From a virus (lineage: Duplodnaviria > Caudoviricetes): a stretch of DNA of 64,000 bases. Below the pieces are notes generated by a model. The model was not told the DNA's origin. It was given only the letters and a program-made list of their open reading frames with translations, and did not search any database. Position numbers and translations under genes: made by a program. Below, piece after piece: positions 20,233-29,050 of this stretch. Position 1 is the first letter of the stretch. Every line of letters begins with the position of its first letter. The DNA lies in the IMG/VR virus record IMGVR_UViG_3300034691_000044, positions 1 to 64,000 of that record. One strand, given 5' to 3'.

Positions 20233-20472
20233 ATGGAATACATGCTGCTTCGTGATGGGTCTGTGAAGGTTGTACCTGAACTGTCCAATAGGATCTCTGT
20301 TCGCAATGAACTCATACGTTCTGACGGTATTGAGTACTACTGGAAAGAGAACGCTGTAGATTGGTGTTGCATACTGGCTAGTACACCTGCTCTGTCAATA
20401 GACAATGTCGAAGTAACTGTCGATTATGTAGATGTGCCTGATGTAATCAAACTTGCCGCAATGCTGGAGTAA
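20233..20472 (+). CDS. Small early protein, C-terminal VP[ED] motif family member 1
   Basis: GAGG RBS; ends VPDVIKLAAMLE. Confidence 0.75.
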   Translation: MEYMLLRDGSVKVVPELSNRISVRNELIRSDGIEYYWKENAVDWCCILASTPALSIDNVEVTVDYVDVPDVIKLAAMLE

Positions 20473-20475
20473 TGT

Positions 20476-20727
20476 ATGAATATGCATGAATACATGCTAT
20501 TGGCTGACGGTTCTGTACTCCCATTTCCCAATGGTGTGCCAACTGCGCATCAAATAGCATATTTGCTTATTGAATATCGTGGTATAGCCTACTATTGGCC
20601 AGGGGCTATCCAATATCTCGTTGAAGGTTGGTATGTACTGCTTCCTGTATTTGAACACGAAGGAGGCACTCGCATAGATTATGCTGATGTACCCGATCTG
20701 ATCAAACTTGCAATAATGCTTACATAG
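20476..20727 (+). CDS. Small early protein, motif family member 2 (paralog of member 1)
   Basis: Shares EYMLL.DGSV, GI.YYW, DY.DVPD.IKLA.ML with the previous gene. Confidence 0.75.
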   Translation: MNMHEYMLLADGSVLPFPNGVPTAHQIAYLLIEYRGIAYYWPGAIQYLVEGWYVLLPVFEHEGGTRIDYADVPDLIKLAIMLT

Positions 20728-20780
20728 TTCCCCTTCGGGGATGAAATAGGCAATTGCCCCTAACTACAGGAGTTATATCC

Positions 20781-21023
20781 ATGCAATGCAATGTATCTAG
20801 CTTGTCTCGTGCTGATGCTACACATCCTATTTGTAAGTACAGCACTGCAACTGAACGTCGTTTACTCAAGCAATTGAGTACTAAGCGTATGCGTCGTATT
20901 GCTGTACCTGACATTGTTGCTGCCATTCATGATGATCATCGTGAGTGTGAGGTAACTGTCATCAAGCCTCGTATGTTTGCACACATTGTCAATTGTGACT
21001 GTGTGCTGTGCTCTCGCCTTTAA
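20781..21023 (+). CDS. Hypothetical Cys/His-rich protein
   Basis: AGGAG RBS; C-terminal H...CxCxxC. Confidence 0.6.
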   Translation: MQCNVSSLSRADATHPICKYSTATERRLLKQLSTKRMRRIAVPDIVAAIHDDHRECEVTVIKPRMFAHIVNCDCVLCSRL

Positions 21024-21039
21024 TTTAGGAGTCATATCC

Positions 21040-21369
21040 GTGAACAATCAACAACGTAAAACCAGTGATGTAATTGCCCTCGCGGTAAATGATCCACGCT
21101 ACTTGCGTGGCAATGACGGTGAGATGTTCTTGTGCCGCATGCTTGAATGTATGCGCATAGAGGGTGTTATCGCCCATCTGGAATGTCACGCTGCCCGTCA
21201 AACAATTGACGAGGCTATCAACGGCAGCTGCACGCTGTACTCCCACTTGTGGGCGAATGACGTGAAAGGGTTCCGCCAAGCGTGCTCCACGTACAAACGC
21301 CGCAAGAACGATATTCGTGTCCAATTCTGGGCCATGCTCTGCATGCAACTCAAAGCTAAAGGGGAATAA
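21040..21369 (+). CDS. Hypothetical early protein
   Basis: AGGAG RBS, GTG start. Confidence 0.65.
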   Translation: MNNQQRKTSDVIALAVNDPRYLRGNDGEMFLCRMLECMRIEGVIAHLECHAARQTIDEAINGSCTLYSHLWANDVKGFRQACSTYKRRKNDIRVQFWAMLCMQLKAKGE

Positions 21370-21372
21370 CCC

Positions 21373-21579
21373 ATGAACAAGTTTCAAATTGTCATCGGAG
21401 CTTTCGCCATCTATGGAATGCTGACCATAGGTTTCAGCTTCCTGGCCTGGATGAATTCTGCCAGCTTGCATGCTGAAAACAAACCAGATGTTTACTTAGG
21501 TAACTTCTGGAAGTGGGGTGTGATCATTATCCTGCTTATCGTTGTCTTTGCATTCTTTGCTGGCCCTGCTAAACCTTAA
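21373..21579 (+). CDS. Small two-TM membrane protein
   Basis: Two hydrophobic segments. Confidence 0.65.
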   Translation: MNKFQIVIGAFAIYGMLTIGFSFLAWMNSASLHAENKPDVYLGNFWKWGVIIILLIVVFAFFAGPAKP

Positions 21580-21590
21580 GGAGTATTCCT

Positions 21591-21716
21591 ATGCCTTCCA
21601 ACATGAACGATTACAACAGCGGCTATGAAGCATTCATGGACGATGAAGACTTTGACCAGACTCAGTCGCAAGATTGGCAAGATGGTTACCTCGACGCACA
21701 AACTGTAGGAGCTTGA
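21591..21716 (+). CDS. 41-aa highly acidic peptide
   Basis: TAAGGAG RBS; MPSNMNDYNSGYEAFMDDEDFDQTQSQDWQDGYLDAQTVGA; below the ORF-track size cutoff. Confidence 0.65.
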   Translation: MPSNMNDYNSGYEAFMDDEDFDQTQSQDWQDGYLDAQTVGA

Positions 21717-21718
21717 TC

Positions 21719-22015
21719 ATGTTCTCTGCTTACTTCCTTACTTGCATGCTCAGTGCTTCGGGCAACTACGGTTGCAACGTGGCCTTCACTGAAATGACTG
21801 CCGATGTTCAAGAACAAAGCCAGTGTGATGAACTGACTGTGGATATGCATCAGTATGTCCTCGATCAAATCGCATCTGAGTTCCCAAGTATGACTGTGGT
21901 CCGCCAGGAACATGGTTGCTACGCCGGTCCTCTGTCTGCTGGTGAGATTGCCCGCGATGAACATGCAAAGCTCTTGAGTGAGGGCATTGAAGCCTCGCTT
22001 TCAGAAATTCCGTAA
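21719..22015 (+). CDS. Hypothetical protein with N-terminal hydrophobic/Cys segment
   Basis: AGGAG RBS, ATG at 21719. Confidence 0.6.
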   Translation: MFSAYFLTCMLSASGNYGCNVAFTEMTADVQEQSQCDELTVDMHQYVLDQIASEFPSMTVVRQEHGCYAGPLSAGEIARDEHAKLLSEGIEASLSEIP

Positions 22016-22080
22016 CCTATATTCCTTTCAGTGTTTACCTATATATGTGATAGAATATTAATTCACTAGGAGGAGTTGTT

Positions 22081-22719
22081 ATGTTTATTGAAAAACCTAT
22101 AACCATCGAAAAGCCGCGCAAATTGATTAATGGGATTGGCGTTAATGATGCCCCTTACTCAGTAAGCTATCGTGAAGACGGTAAGTTAATTACCTGTCCT
22201 TACTACAAGGCATGGGTAGCCATGTTCCAGCGTTGTTATAGCGCTGCATGGCATGAGCGTTACCCGTCATACGTAGGATGTTCGGTAGCACCTGTGTGGC
22301 ATAAATTCACGAGTTTCCGCGAATGGATGCAGACACAGGATTGGGAAACCAAGCAACTGGATAAAGATATAAAAGTACCGGGCAATAAGGAGTACGGGCC
22401 TACTGTTTGTTTGTGGGTGTCCTCGCAAATCAATAGTTTGTTCAATACAGGGGCTCTAGCTAAAAGCGGCCTGCCTGTTGGAGTAACCAAACACTGGAGC
22501 GGACGCTTTGAAGTAGGCGTGAGCTTTGGCACGAGTAAACGTAGCTACGTTGGCAGTTTCAAAACTGTACGTGAGGCTGCTGATGCTTATGTGAAAGCAA
22601 AGGCAGAAGCTATCGCGTTAGCTGCGGACAAGGAACCTGATCCTATAATTCAGGAAGCTGTTCGAGCTTTCGGTGTGCATTACCTACAAAAGCTAAAAAA
22701 TGCAAATACTGCATTCTAA
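22081..22719 (+). CDS. Free-standing HNH-like homing endonuclease with AP2-like C-terminus (paralog A)
   Basis: GIGVND, W..M..RCY, Y.GCSV...W..F..F..W, LDKDIK..GNK.Y.P..CL.V, LPVGV; AT-rich upstream region with extended -10 TGaTAGAAT. Confidence 0.75.
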   Translation: MFIEKPITIEKPRKLINGIGVNDAPYSVSYREDGKLITCPYYKAWVAMFQRCYSAAWHERYPSYVGCSVAPVWHKFTSFREWMQTQDWETKQLDKDIKVPGNKEYGPTVCLWVSSQINSLFNTGALAKSGLPVGVTKHWSGRFEVGVSFGTSKRSYVGSFKTVREAADAYVKAKAEAIALAADKEPDPIIQEAVRAFGVHYLQKLKNANTAF

Positions 22720-22806
22720 TAATACAGAAAGTGCCATATCCGGCGATGAAAACCATACGCCTGTGTGGCCCTTTTGGGCCTTGGCGGTAAGCTAACTGAG
22801 GTGTCT

Positions 22807-23067
22807 ATGACCACTGCAAAAAAACCTGAATCCTTTGCTTCGCACAACCTGGATCACCTGAAAGTGTTGATTGCGCGTGAGATTCGTAAGCAAATCTCTG
22901 AAAACAACATGAAATACATCGTTGCAACCGAAATCTTCGGATTGAGTGGCGCAGCTGTGTCTCGCATTGTTAATTGCAAGGAACTCAGCATGTCGTTCGA
23001 AACGCTGCACAATGCGGCTGTAACGTCAGGCATGATCGTCAGTATGCAACTGTCTGTGCCCAACTAA
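22807..23067 (+). CDS. XRE-like helix-turn-helix protein
   Basis: ATEIFGLSGAAVSRIVN...MSFETL pattern. Confidence 0.65.
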   Translation: MTTAKKPESFASHNLDHLKVLIAREIRKQISENNMKYIVATEIFGLSGAAVSRIVNCKELSMSFETLHNAAVTSGMIVSMQLSVPN

Positions 23068-23076
23068 GGAGCAATC

Positions 23077-23355
23077 ATGCACCGTTTACGACAAGAACTA
23101 GATTTAACCGATGATTCGTTCAGTTACACCATTTTAGGTGGGCGTGAGCCTCTTTATCGTGTCGATAGCGATGGCTATCTGCATAAAGCAGGTGAAATCA
23201 TCGGTAAATTCAAACTGGGCAACAATCAGTGGCATCTGTACATCGGTGACACTTTGTTCATGGATGGGCCTGAAAATGGCCTATTCATGCTCCCCGAGTT
23301 TGAATTGAAGGCTTTGACTGCGCTGGTAAATCAAAAGCGGCCTTCGGCCCTTTAA
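23077..23355 (+). CDS. Hypothetical early protein
   Basis: TAAGGAG RBS. Confidence 0.65.
   Translation: MHRLRQELDLTDDSFSYTILGGREPLYRVDSDGYLHKAGEIIGKFKLGNNQWHLYIGDTLFMDGPENGLFMLPEFELKALTALVNQKRPSAL
23339..23349 (+). promoter_or_regulatory. Putative vRNAP hairpin promoter 3
   Basis: Template strand GGCC-GAA-GGCC with extendable AAAG/CTTT stem, 59 nt upstream of the gp2-like gene. Confidence 0.7.
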
Positions 23356-23407
23356 AGGCAATTGTGCCAATAAACCTCATCTTTTCCGTTATTCTGGAGT
23401 ATTTCCC

Positions 23408-23740
23408 ATGGCTGTTGAACGTAATGCATCCCGTACTGCCCCTGCTACCTCCACTGCTGCTGATCGTACCGCGAAGAAAACCCTCGGGTTCTTCAACGTG
23501 AACATCGAGACCAAAGCCGGCGCACCTGTGCGTCTGGAAGGTATCCGCTTCATCGAAGGCAACAAGCAGCATGAGCAACTGGCTGCGTACCTCTCGGTGT
23601 CCCAGGCCGTCGACAAAGACTACACGCCTGAACAGGTCGTGGAAGAGAAGGCACGTCGCCTCGGTGTCGTGGCTTCCAAGCTGACCTTCAGCTTCAACGC
23701 TACCCGTACCGACGAAGAGTCGATGCTGGACCTGGTGTAA
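23408..23740 (+). CDS. N4 gp2-like ssDNA-binding activator of middle transcription
   Basis: K..GFFNVNI.TK.G...RL..I pattern resembling gp2; follows a hairpin promoter; highly biased codons. Confidence 0.6.
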   Translation: MAVERNASRTAPATSTAADRTAKKTLGFFNVNIETKAGAPVRLEGIRFIEGNKQHEQLAAYLSVSQAVDKDYTPEQVVEEKARRLGVVASKLTFSFNATRTDEESMLDLV

Positions 23741-23744
23741 TCCT

Positions 23745-23782
23745 CTGGCCATCATCCCATTGGGGTGGTGGCCATCATTTTT
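23745..23782 (+). terminator. Terminator
   Basis: TGGCCATCATCCC-ATT-GGGGTGGTGGCCA followed by a T run. Confidence 0.6.
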
Positions 23783-23794
23783 AGGAGCAAATTC

Positions 23795-24079
23795 ATGAGC
23801 AATACCCCTAAGCTGGCCCCTGGCCTGCACGAGTGCCGCATCGTCTCCATTGACTATGCCAAGCATGAGGATTTCATGACTGGTTGTCTTGCTGCTTTGA
23901 GCAAAGATGGCACTGTCATGATTGAGCATGTGTGGTCGTTGCCCGGTATGGTCGAGCTGAAGCCTCACAGCTACGCTGACATCATCAATATGCCTTATGC
24001 ATTGCCTCGTAAGGGTGATCGTCACCATAAACGCAAACCTCAGCCCAATCGTGGGCCAGTGGGGCGAAACCAGTGGTAA
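23795..24079 (+). CDS. Hypothetical protein with basic C-terminus
   Basis: AGGAG RBS. Confidence 0.6.
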   Translation: MSNTPKLAPGLHECRIVSIDYAKHEDFMTGCLAALSKDGTVMIEHVWSLPGMVELKPHSYADIINMPYALPRKGDRHHKRKPQPNRGPVGRNQW

Positions 24080-24170
24080 AAGACATAGGTAGTATCATGT
24101 GGCGCATTCTTGCGTCTATCCTCGTATTTACCCTCATTGCATTGCAATTTATCCCAAAAGGAGTAACACC

Positions 24171-24890
24171 ATGAACCTGAACGACTTTCTGATGATTCTC
24201 GGCGCAGCTGTGTTCATCTTGCCTATCACTTACATGATTGGCTGGGCTCGCCACCAAAAACAACACGAAGGCTGGGTAGCAGACGCTCGTGAGGGCTACT
24301 TCCAAGAGCGTAATGCTCTACGCAATAGCTACGAGAACGCACTGGCGCAGGAACGTAAGACTGTGCGTGTATTGGAGATTCAACTGCTGAAAGCAAACGA
24401 ATCCATCGAAGTGTTAGATCGTGAGGTAGGTAAGTACCGCAGTCAGTGGAAATACGCTGATAATTACCGTAAAGCTATCGTTGAGTACCTCGTAGTCAAT
24501 CATCTGTGGAAGTTTACTGAACATGGAGATGATCCTATGGCCATGATGGCTGAGATTATCAAATGGGAAACCAAGATGGCGCTGGACCCTGCAATCAGCA
24601 AGCCTGCGAAGAATCTGATCACTCGTGGTGTCCGTAAGGGCGCCAAGGCTGGCCGTGAGCAGATGCGTAAGCTGATGCAGAAGTGCATCGACAACCAGGC
24701 AGCAACCATTCGTCATTATGACCAAGAGTTGACTGCTGCCAATCTTCGCCGTATGCGCTTCACCGAAGCAGTGACCAACGTGCTTGACGACAAGATCGCG
24801 CTTAAAAGCGTCCGTAAGTCTATCAAGCAGGGCATCATTGCGGAACACGGGCGTCTGCACGCTGCTGCCGCGAAGAAGGCTGCACAATGA
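24171..24890 (+). CDS. Membrane-anchored coiled-coil protein
   Basis: N-terminal TM segment, coiled coil, WE.K.ALDPAISK.A motif. Confidence 0.7.
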   Translation: MNLNDFLMILGAAVFILPITYMIGWARHQKQHEGWVADAREGYFQERNALRNSYENALAQERKTVRVLEIQLLKANESIEVLDREVGKYRSQWKYADNYRKAIVEYLVVNHLWKFTEHGDDPMAMMAEIIKWETKMALDPAISKPAKNLITRGVRKGAKAGREQMRKLMQKCIDNQAATIRHYDQELTAANLRRMRFTEAVTNVLDDKIALKSVRKSIKQGIIAEHGRLHAAAAKKAAQ

Positions 24891-25294
24891 ACATGCGTGG
24901 CTCTGCTAAATGGCAGAGTTACGCTGCATATCAAGGCTATCACGCCAACATACAGGTCTTTGACGACGAGGAGGACGATCCGATGGCTATCGGCAACAAC
25001 ACTGTAAAACGTGCATTCATCAAGCAGGAAGTACTGTGTGCTGTCCTGCAAAATGGCGAATCCGTACACTTTGAGTCCCGTTTGGGGTTCAATGGTGCGG
25101 ACTATGCCAAACAGGCTCATAAGAAGTTCGGCCCGTGTCGGGTGATCTTCTATCAAGCCAATGAAGCACAAATGTGGCGTGAAATCCGTTGGAAGAACGT
25201 CAACGTTGGTGCTTTATACAAACGCCCTTCGTTTATCACATTAGGGCCTGATAAGGTGCCTGAAAACCTGCGGCTTGCCGCAATGTTGTTGTGA
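24887..25294 (+). CDS. Motif family member 3
   Basis: Ends VPENLRLAAMLL. Confidence 0.75.
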   Translation: MNMRGSAKWQSYAAYQGYHANIQVFDDEEDDPMAIGNNTVKRAFIKQEVLCAVLQNGESVHFESRLGFNGADYAKQAHKKFGPCRVIFYQANEAQMWREIRWKNVNVGALYKRPSFITLGPDKVPENLRLAAMLL

Positions 25295-25629
25295 TCATCA
25301 CACTGCCCGACGGTACGATACATATTTACGATGCAAAAGGTACTTTGTGCGTTCGTATGGGCAATTTGGATGCGGAGAGCTTTATGTCAAAGATGGCGCA
25401 TTTAACGCTTGATGGTGTGTACATTACCAGCTATGTCATGGACCAAAACTGGTATTTGCCCACCAAAATGCAGAAATTAGCTGCAACTTACGAGCAGCAC
25501 CAGGCTTGGTGTCTGTCAGCAGGGCAATGGTACACAATACCCGTTGCAGGGCTAAGATTCTCTCGTTGGGATACCACAAGAACTGAGGATGTACCTGAAA
25601 TGGTACGAACTGCGGAGATTTTACGATGA
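25291..25629 (+). CDS. Motif family member 4
   Basis: Ends VPEMVRTAEILR; GTGA overlap with the previous gene. Confidence 0.7.
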   Translation: MIITLPDGTIHIYDAKGTLCVRMGNLDAESFMSKMAHLTLDGVYITSYVMDQNWYLPTKMQKLAATYEQHQAWCLSAGQWYTIPVAGLRFSRWDTTRTEDVPEMVRTAEILR

Positions 25630-26063
25630 AACAGGTAATTCGTGGTGACATGATGAGTATCTTCGACAAAGTCGATCATTTCATCATATCTGTCGGCAGT
25701 AAGCTCAGAAGTGAGAACAATGAGCTAATAATGTTAAATGGTCTGGCCGGGGCGTTGGGTCTTAAATACCCTACCCTAAAGGTGAAGATGGGAGCGTGGA
25801 TCGCGGGAGAGTGTGGCAGTGAAGGTGAGTTCTACCTTCGTGTCTCGGGGAAGGTTGGCATGCTACAGCATAGCCAGGCTCCTCGGCAAGGGGTGAGCAT
25901 CTCCATTCTGTCTACTGGCCTGCGCCTGCTGGCAGACGAGGCAGAGGCCAACCCAGAAAAGCAATATGCCCTGGAGTGGCCTGGCACCCAGCAGATCGAG
26001 ACCCTGGTAAACCAGATGCTTGATAGGTTGCCGGCCAACGTCCAGGTGTGGCGCCCAGAGTGA
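25626..26063 (+). CDS. Degenerate macrodomain-like protein (N4-type conserved early gene)
   Basis: IRGDMMS..., ELIMLNGLAGALGLKYP, LPANVQVW resemble the phage macro fold; catalytic motifs divergent. Confidence 0.5.
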   Translation: MKQVIRGDMMSIFDKVDHFIISVGSKLRSENNELIMLNGLAGALGLKYPTLKVKMGAWIAGECGSEGEFYLRVSGKVGMLQHSQAPRQGVSISILSTGLRLLADEAEANPEKQYALEWPGTQQIETLVNQMLDRLPANVQVWRPE

Positions 26064-26302
26064 GCACCATGATCATGTCAGCCCGCTATAACATGGTCTC
26101 CCGGGGGCTGGTGGAAGCGGCCACCTCTTGGGTAGGCCGTCCTGCTCATGATAAGGAACAGACCTTCGCCTTGTTCCACGCGGTCAGCGGTGACCTCAAG
26201 GACACGCGGTGGTACGTCTATGGCATTGCCCATGACGCGATCGCTGTCGAGTACAGCAAACTACCGGAGGCAGTGCGCATGGCGTATCTGTTAATTCAAT
26301 GA
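26060..26302 (+). CDS. Motif family member 5
   Basis: Ends LPEAVRMAYLLIQ. Confidence 0.7.
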   Translation: MSTMIMSARYNMVSRGLVEAATSWVGRPAHDKEQTFALFHAVSGDLKDTRWYVYGIAHDAIAVEYSKLPEAVRMAYLLIQ

Positions 26303-26565
26303 GCAAGTCACTGTTTGATCCTTTCGGGGGGGATGTCAACCCACGTATGCCACCGGCACCTGTACGGGTGAAGTGGGACTATGAAAAGCAGGAGGTGGTC
26401 AGTGATGGTCAGGCCAACCTGTTCGACAACTGCTGGTCCTACTTCTTCTATGGTGCCGATGAGGCATTGCAGTGGGGCTTGTCCCGCTACGAAGGTGATC
26501 ACCTGTTTATTGTAGAGGGCGCTGTCCCAGAAGTAGTACGGCTTGCCGTAATGGTGATGGAATGA
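26299..26565 (+). CDS. Motif family member 6
   Basis: Ends VPEVVRLAVMVME. Confidence 0.75.
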   Translation: MSKSLFDPFGGDVNPRMPPAPVRVKWDYEKQEVVSDGQANLFDNCWSYFFYGADEALQWGLSRYEGDHLFIVEGAVPEVVRLAVMVME

Positions 26566-26777
26566 GCACAAAACGTTTAGGTTGGTGCCGGCTGACAGGG
26601 GAACTCGTGCTTGATGCGCAAATCTTAAACATTCCATATCTTCGTGATGATATGGATGTTTACTCCCACAATGGGGCTATGTGGCTAGTATGGACACCTG
26701 AAAGTCAATGCTATTCATATATAACACTTCTGAATGTCCCCGAACTAATTAAATTAGCAATGGTGATGCTCGAATGA
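26562..26777 (+). CDS. Motif family member 7
   Basis: Ends VPELIKLAMVMLE. Confidence 0.75.
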   Translation: MSTKRLGWCRLTGELVLDAQILNIPYLRDDMDVYSHNGAMWLVWTPESQCYSYITLLNVPELIKLAMVMLE

Positions 26778-27064
26778 GGACTTTCGAACGCGCTGCTCCC
26801 TTCGGGGAGTTCAGCATGGGAACTTTGTTCCTTGTGGTGAACGATATACCGGAAGTATGTCATTGCACATACTATAAGACAAACCTGAAGATTGCCCGTG
26901 AGGCTAAGGATGAAGATCCATTTGCTATTGTGTTTCTGCTTACTGAGCAGGGAACTTGGTTCAAAGGTGACTATTGCTACACAGACGGCAGGCATAAATT
27001 CACTCCTGTGGGTAAGTCAGCTGTACCTCAACTAATCCTGATGATGAACGTGGTGAAACCATGA
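26774..27064 (+). CDS. Motif family member 8
   Basis: Ends VPQLILMMNVVKP. Confidence 0.7.
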   Translation: MRTFERAAPFGEFSMGTLFLVVNDIPEVCHCTYYKTNLKIAREAKDEDPFAIVFLLTEQGTWFKGDYCYTDGRHKFTPVGKSAVPQLILMMNVVKP

Positions 27065-27366
27065 GCGTATTATGGATCGTGCTAAACGACGACAAATCCG
27101 CAGTTATTGAGGTGTTTGAAACTATTGAGGCAGATTCTAAGCCTCACTGGGATAAGTTCTTTGAACACAGGGCCGGTAACGTCTTCTGTCGCAGAATTCA
27201 GGATTTAGCATGGGTAAAGCCAGCGCAGTCAAAAGTAACGTGGTTCGTCAACTATTTCTACTGGGAAGACATGTCCCGTTGGGGATATGGTGACCCAACT
27301 GGAATGGGTTGGTCTGCCTGCATGGCCATACCTGAAATTCTCAAAATGGTGGAATTCCTGGAATGA
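27061..27366 (+). CDS. Motif family member 9
   Basis: Ends IPEILKMVEFLE. Confidence 0.7.
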   Translation: MSVLWIVLNDDKSAVIEVFETIEADSKPHWDKFFEHRAGNVFCRRIQDLAWVKPAQSKVTWFVNYFYWEDMSRWGYGDPTGMGWSACMAIPEILKMVEFLE

Positions 27367-27626
27367 GTAAACAAATAACAGTTGGTTTTCTTGATGGAGA
27401 GATAACTGATGTAACTTCTCAATGGATGACAAGTCAAACGGTGGAAGGTCACTTTAGCGTTGGTGATGTGTATGTTTACACTCAAGAGCCTCATGGTATG
27501 CAATGGCGTGTTCTGCAACGTAGTACACGAATAAATGCTACAACTGGCACTTATGCCGCTTTACTACCCTGCAAAGCTGAGCAAGTTCCTGAAATTGTAC
27601 GAATGGTTGCGCTGATGCGCGAGTGA
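27363..27626 (+). CDS. Motif family member 10
   Basis: Ends VPEIVRMVALMRE. Confidence 0.75.
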   Translation: MSKQITVGFLDGEITDVTSQWMTSQTVEGHFSVGDVYVYTQEPHGMQWRVLQRSTRINATTGTYAALLPCKAEQVPEIVRMVALMRE

Positions 27627-27632
27627 GGAATT

Positions 27633-27866
27633 ATGGGCATTGACGATAGGGTGATAGCTTATATCTTTCGAGGTAAGCTGGAAACCGAGGTAGTAAACCG
27701 CTGGAAAGCCCGGGAACGTATGACTCAGCTGAATAACTGCACACTTGCAGAGATTTACTTCTTTGACCCTGATGGGGAGATTTATGTAATGCATCACAGC
27801 AGGGAATATCGAAAAAAGGCCAAAAGTGTACCAGAAGAGATCAAACTAGCGGCAATGCTGCTATAG
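27633..27866 (+). CDS. Motif family member 11
   Basis: Ends VPEEIKLAAMLL. Confidence 0.75.
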   Translation: MGIDDRVIAYIFRGKLETEVVNRWKARERMTQLNNCTLAEIYFFDPDGEIYVMHHSREYRKKAKSVPEEIKLAAMLL

Positions 27867-27873
27867 GGGACGT

Positions 27874-28110
27874 ATGCGTATATTCATTCTGAAGTTCGAC
27901 AATACCGTCGAGGTTACGGAGTCTTTTTCCGACCACCCGTACTACACCCACAAGAACTACCAGAAAGGTCAGGTATTCTGCGAGAGGCTTGTAGGCAAGA
28001 GTGATTATTGGTGCGTACTGCACCGAGACCACAAAGGTAATGGCCCCTCGTGGGTTCATTCTGTAAAAGTACCAAAAGAAGTGCTATTCGCACGAATGCT
28101 CGTAGATTAG
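27874..28110 (+). CDS. Motif family member 12
   Basis: Ends VPKEVLFARMLVD. Confidence 0.7.
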   Translation: MRIFILKFDNTVEVTESFSDHPYYTHKNYQKGQVFCERLVGKSDYWCVLHRDHKGNGPSWVHSVKVPKEVLFARMLVD

Positions 28111-28120
28111 GAGAAGATCC

Positions 28121-29050
28121 ATGAAACTGACACACATGCTCACTGACGACATGCAAAAGGCAAACGAGTATCGATTTGCCAAACAGCATATCGACAAGTA
28201 CATGCGTGACTACGTGCTGAACGACCCTGAAGTCCTGCCCCTGCTGGACAAAGGCGTGGACTTGCTCACCGCCTGGGTCAATACCGAGTTCAGCTACGCA
28301 TCGAAGAACCTCCGGGTCAGTGCCCTACGGGGTATGGACCTGCGTCAGCTCGTTACTGATCTGATTGTGGCCTCGGCCTTCTGCCAGGTGGAAGAACTGT
28401 TCACCAGCTTCACAGCGCGCATGGCCGGCATCCTCGGCTGGGACGATAAGAAGGCCAGCATCACTACCATCGCGGAAATCACCGCGGTGCTATGCGACAC
28501 CGATCTGTATGACCTGACCCAGGCCAACCGGTTCGGCAGCTGGAACATCATCAGCAACATCACGCTGTCCTTGCAATTGCAGGAGTACATCAGCAACTGC
28601 GCATATCTGCCTCCGCTGGTGCATCCACCGAAGAAGCTGCGCCACAACAAGGACACGCCGTATCTGACCATTGGTCAAGACTCGGTGATCCTGAATAAGG
28701 GTCACCATAACGACGATGTGTGCCTTGATGTACTGGATTCAAAGAATTCCGTGGCATTGAGCCTGGACCTGGACTTCCTCTGCAAAGTAGAGGAAGAATC
28801 AAACAGTGAGTTGGATACTCCCGAAAAGCAAACCATGTGGTTGAACATGAAGCGCCAGTCGCACGAGTTCTACTTGCTCATGGCTGGCCAAGGCAATAAG
28901 TTCTACTTGCATCACAAATACGATAAACGTGGGCGTATCTACGCCAATGGTTATCACATCTCGACTCAGGGTGCGCCCTTCAAAAAGGCATGCTTAGAGT
29001 TCGCCAATAAAGAAGTCGTATCCGACATCCCACAGGAGTTTCAATTATGA
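28121..29050 (+). CDS. RNA polymerase II subunit 1 (N4 gp15-like)
   Basis: FYL.HKYDKRGRIYANGYHISTQG T7-like RNAP motif. Confidence 0.92.
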   Translation: MKLTHMLTDDMQKANEYRFAKQHIDKYMRDYVLNDPEVLPLLDKGVDLLTAWVNTEFSYASKNLRVSALRGMDLRQLVTDLIVASAFCQVEELFTSFTARMAGILGWDDKKASITTIAEITAVLCDTDLYDLTQANRFGSWNIISNITLSLQLQEYISNCAYLPPLVHPPKKLRHNKDTPYLTIGQDSVILNKGHHNDDVCLDVLDSKNSVALSLDLDFLCKVEEESNSELDTPEKQTMWLNMKRQSHEFYLLMAGQGNKFYLHHKYDKRGRIYANGYHISTQGAPFKKACLEFANKEVVSDIPQEFQL

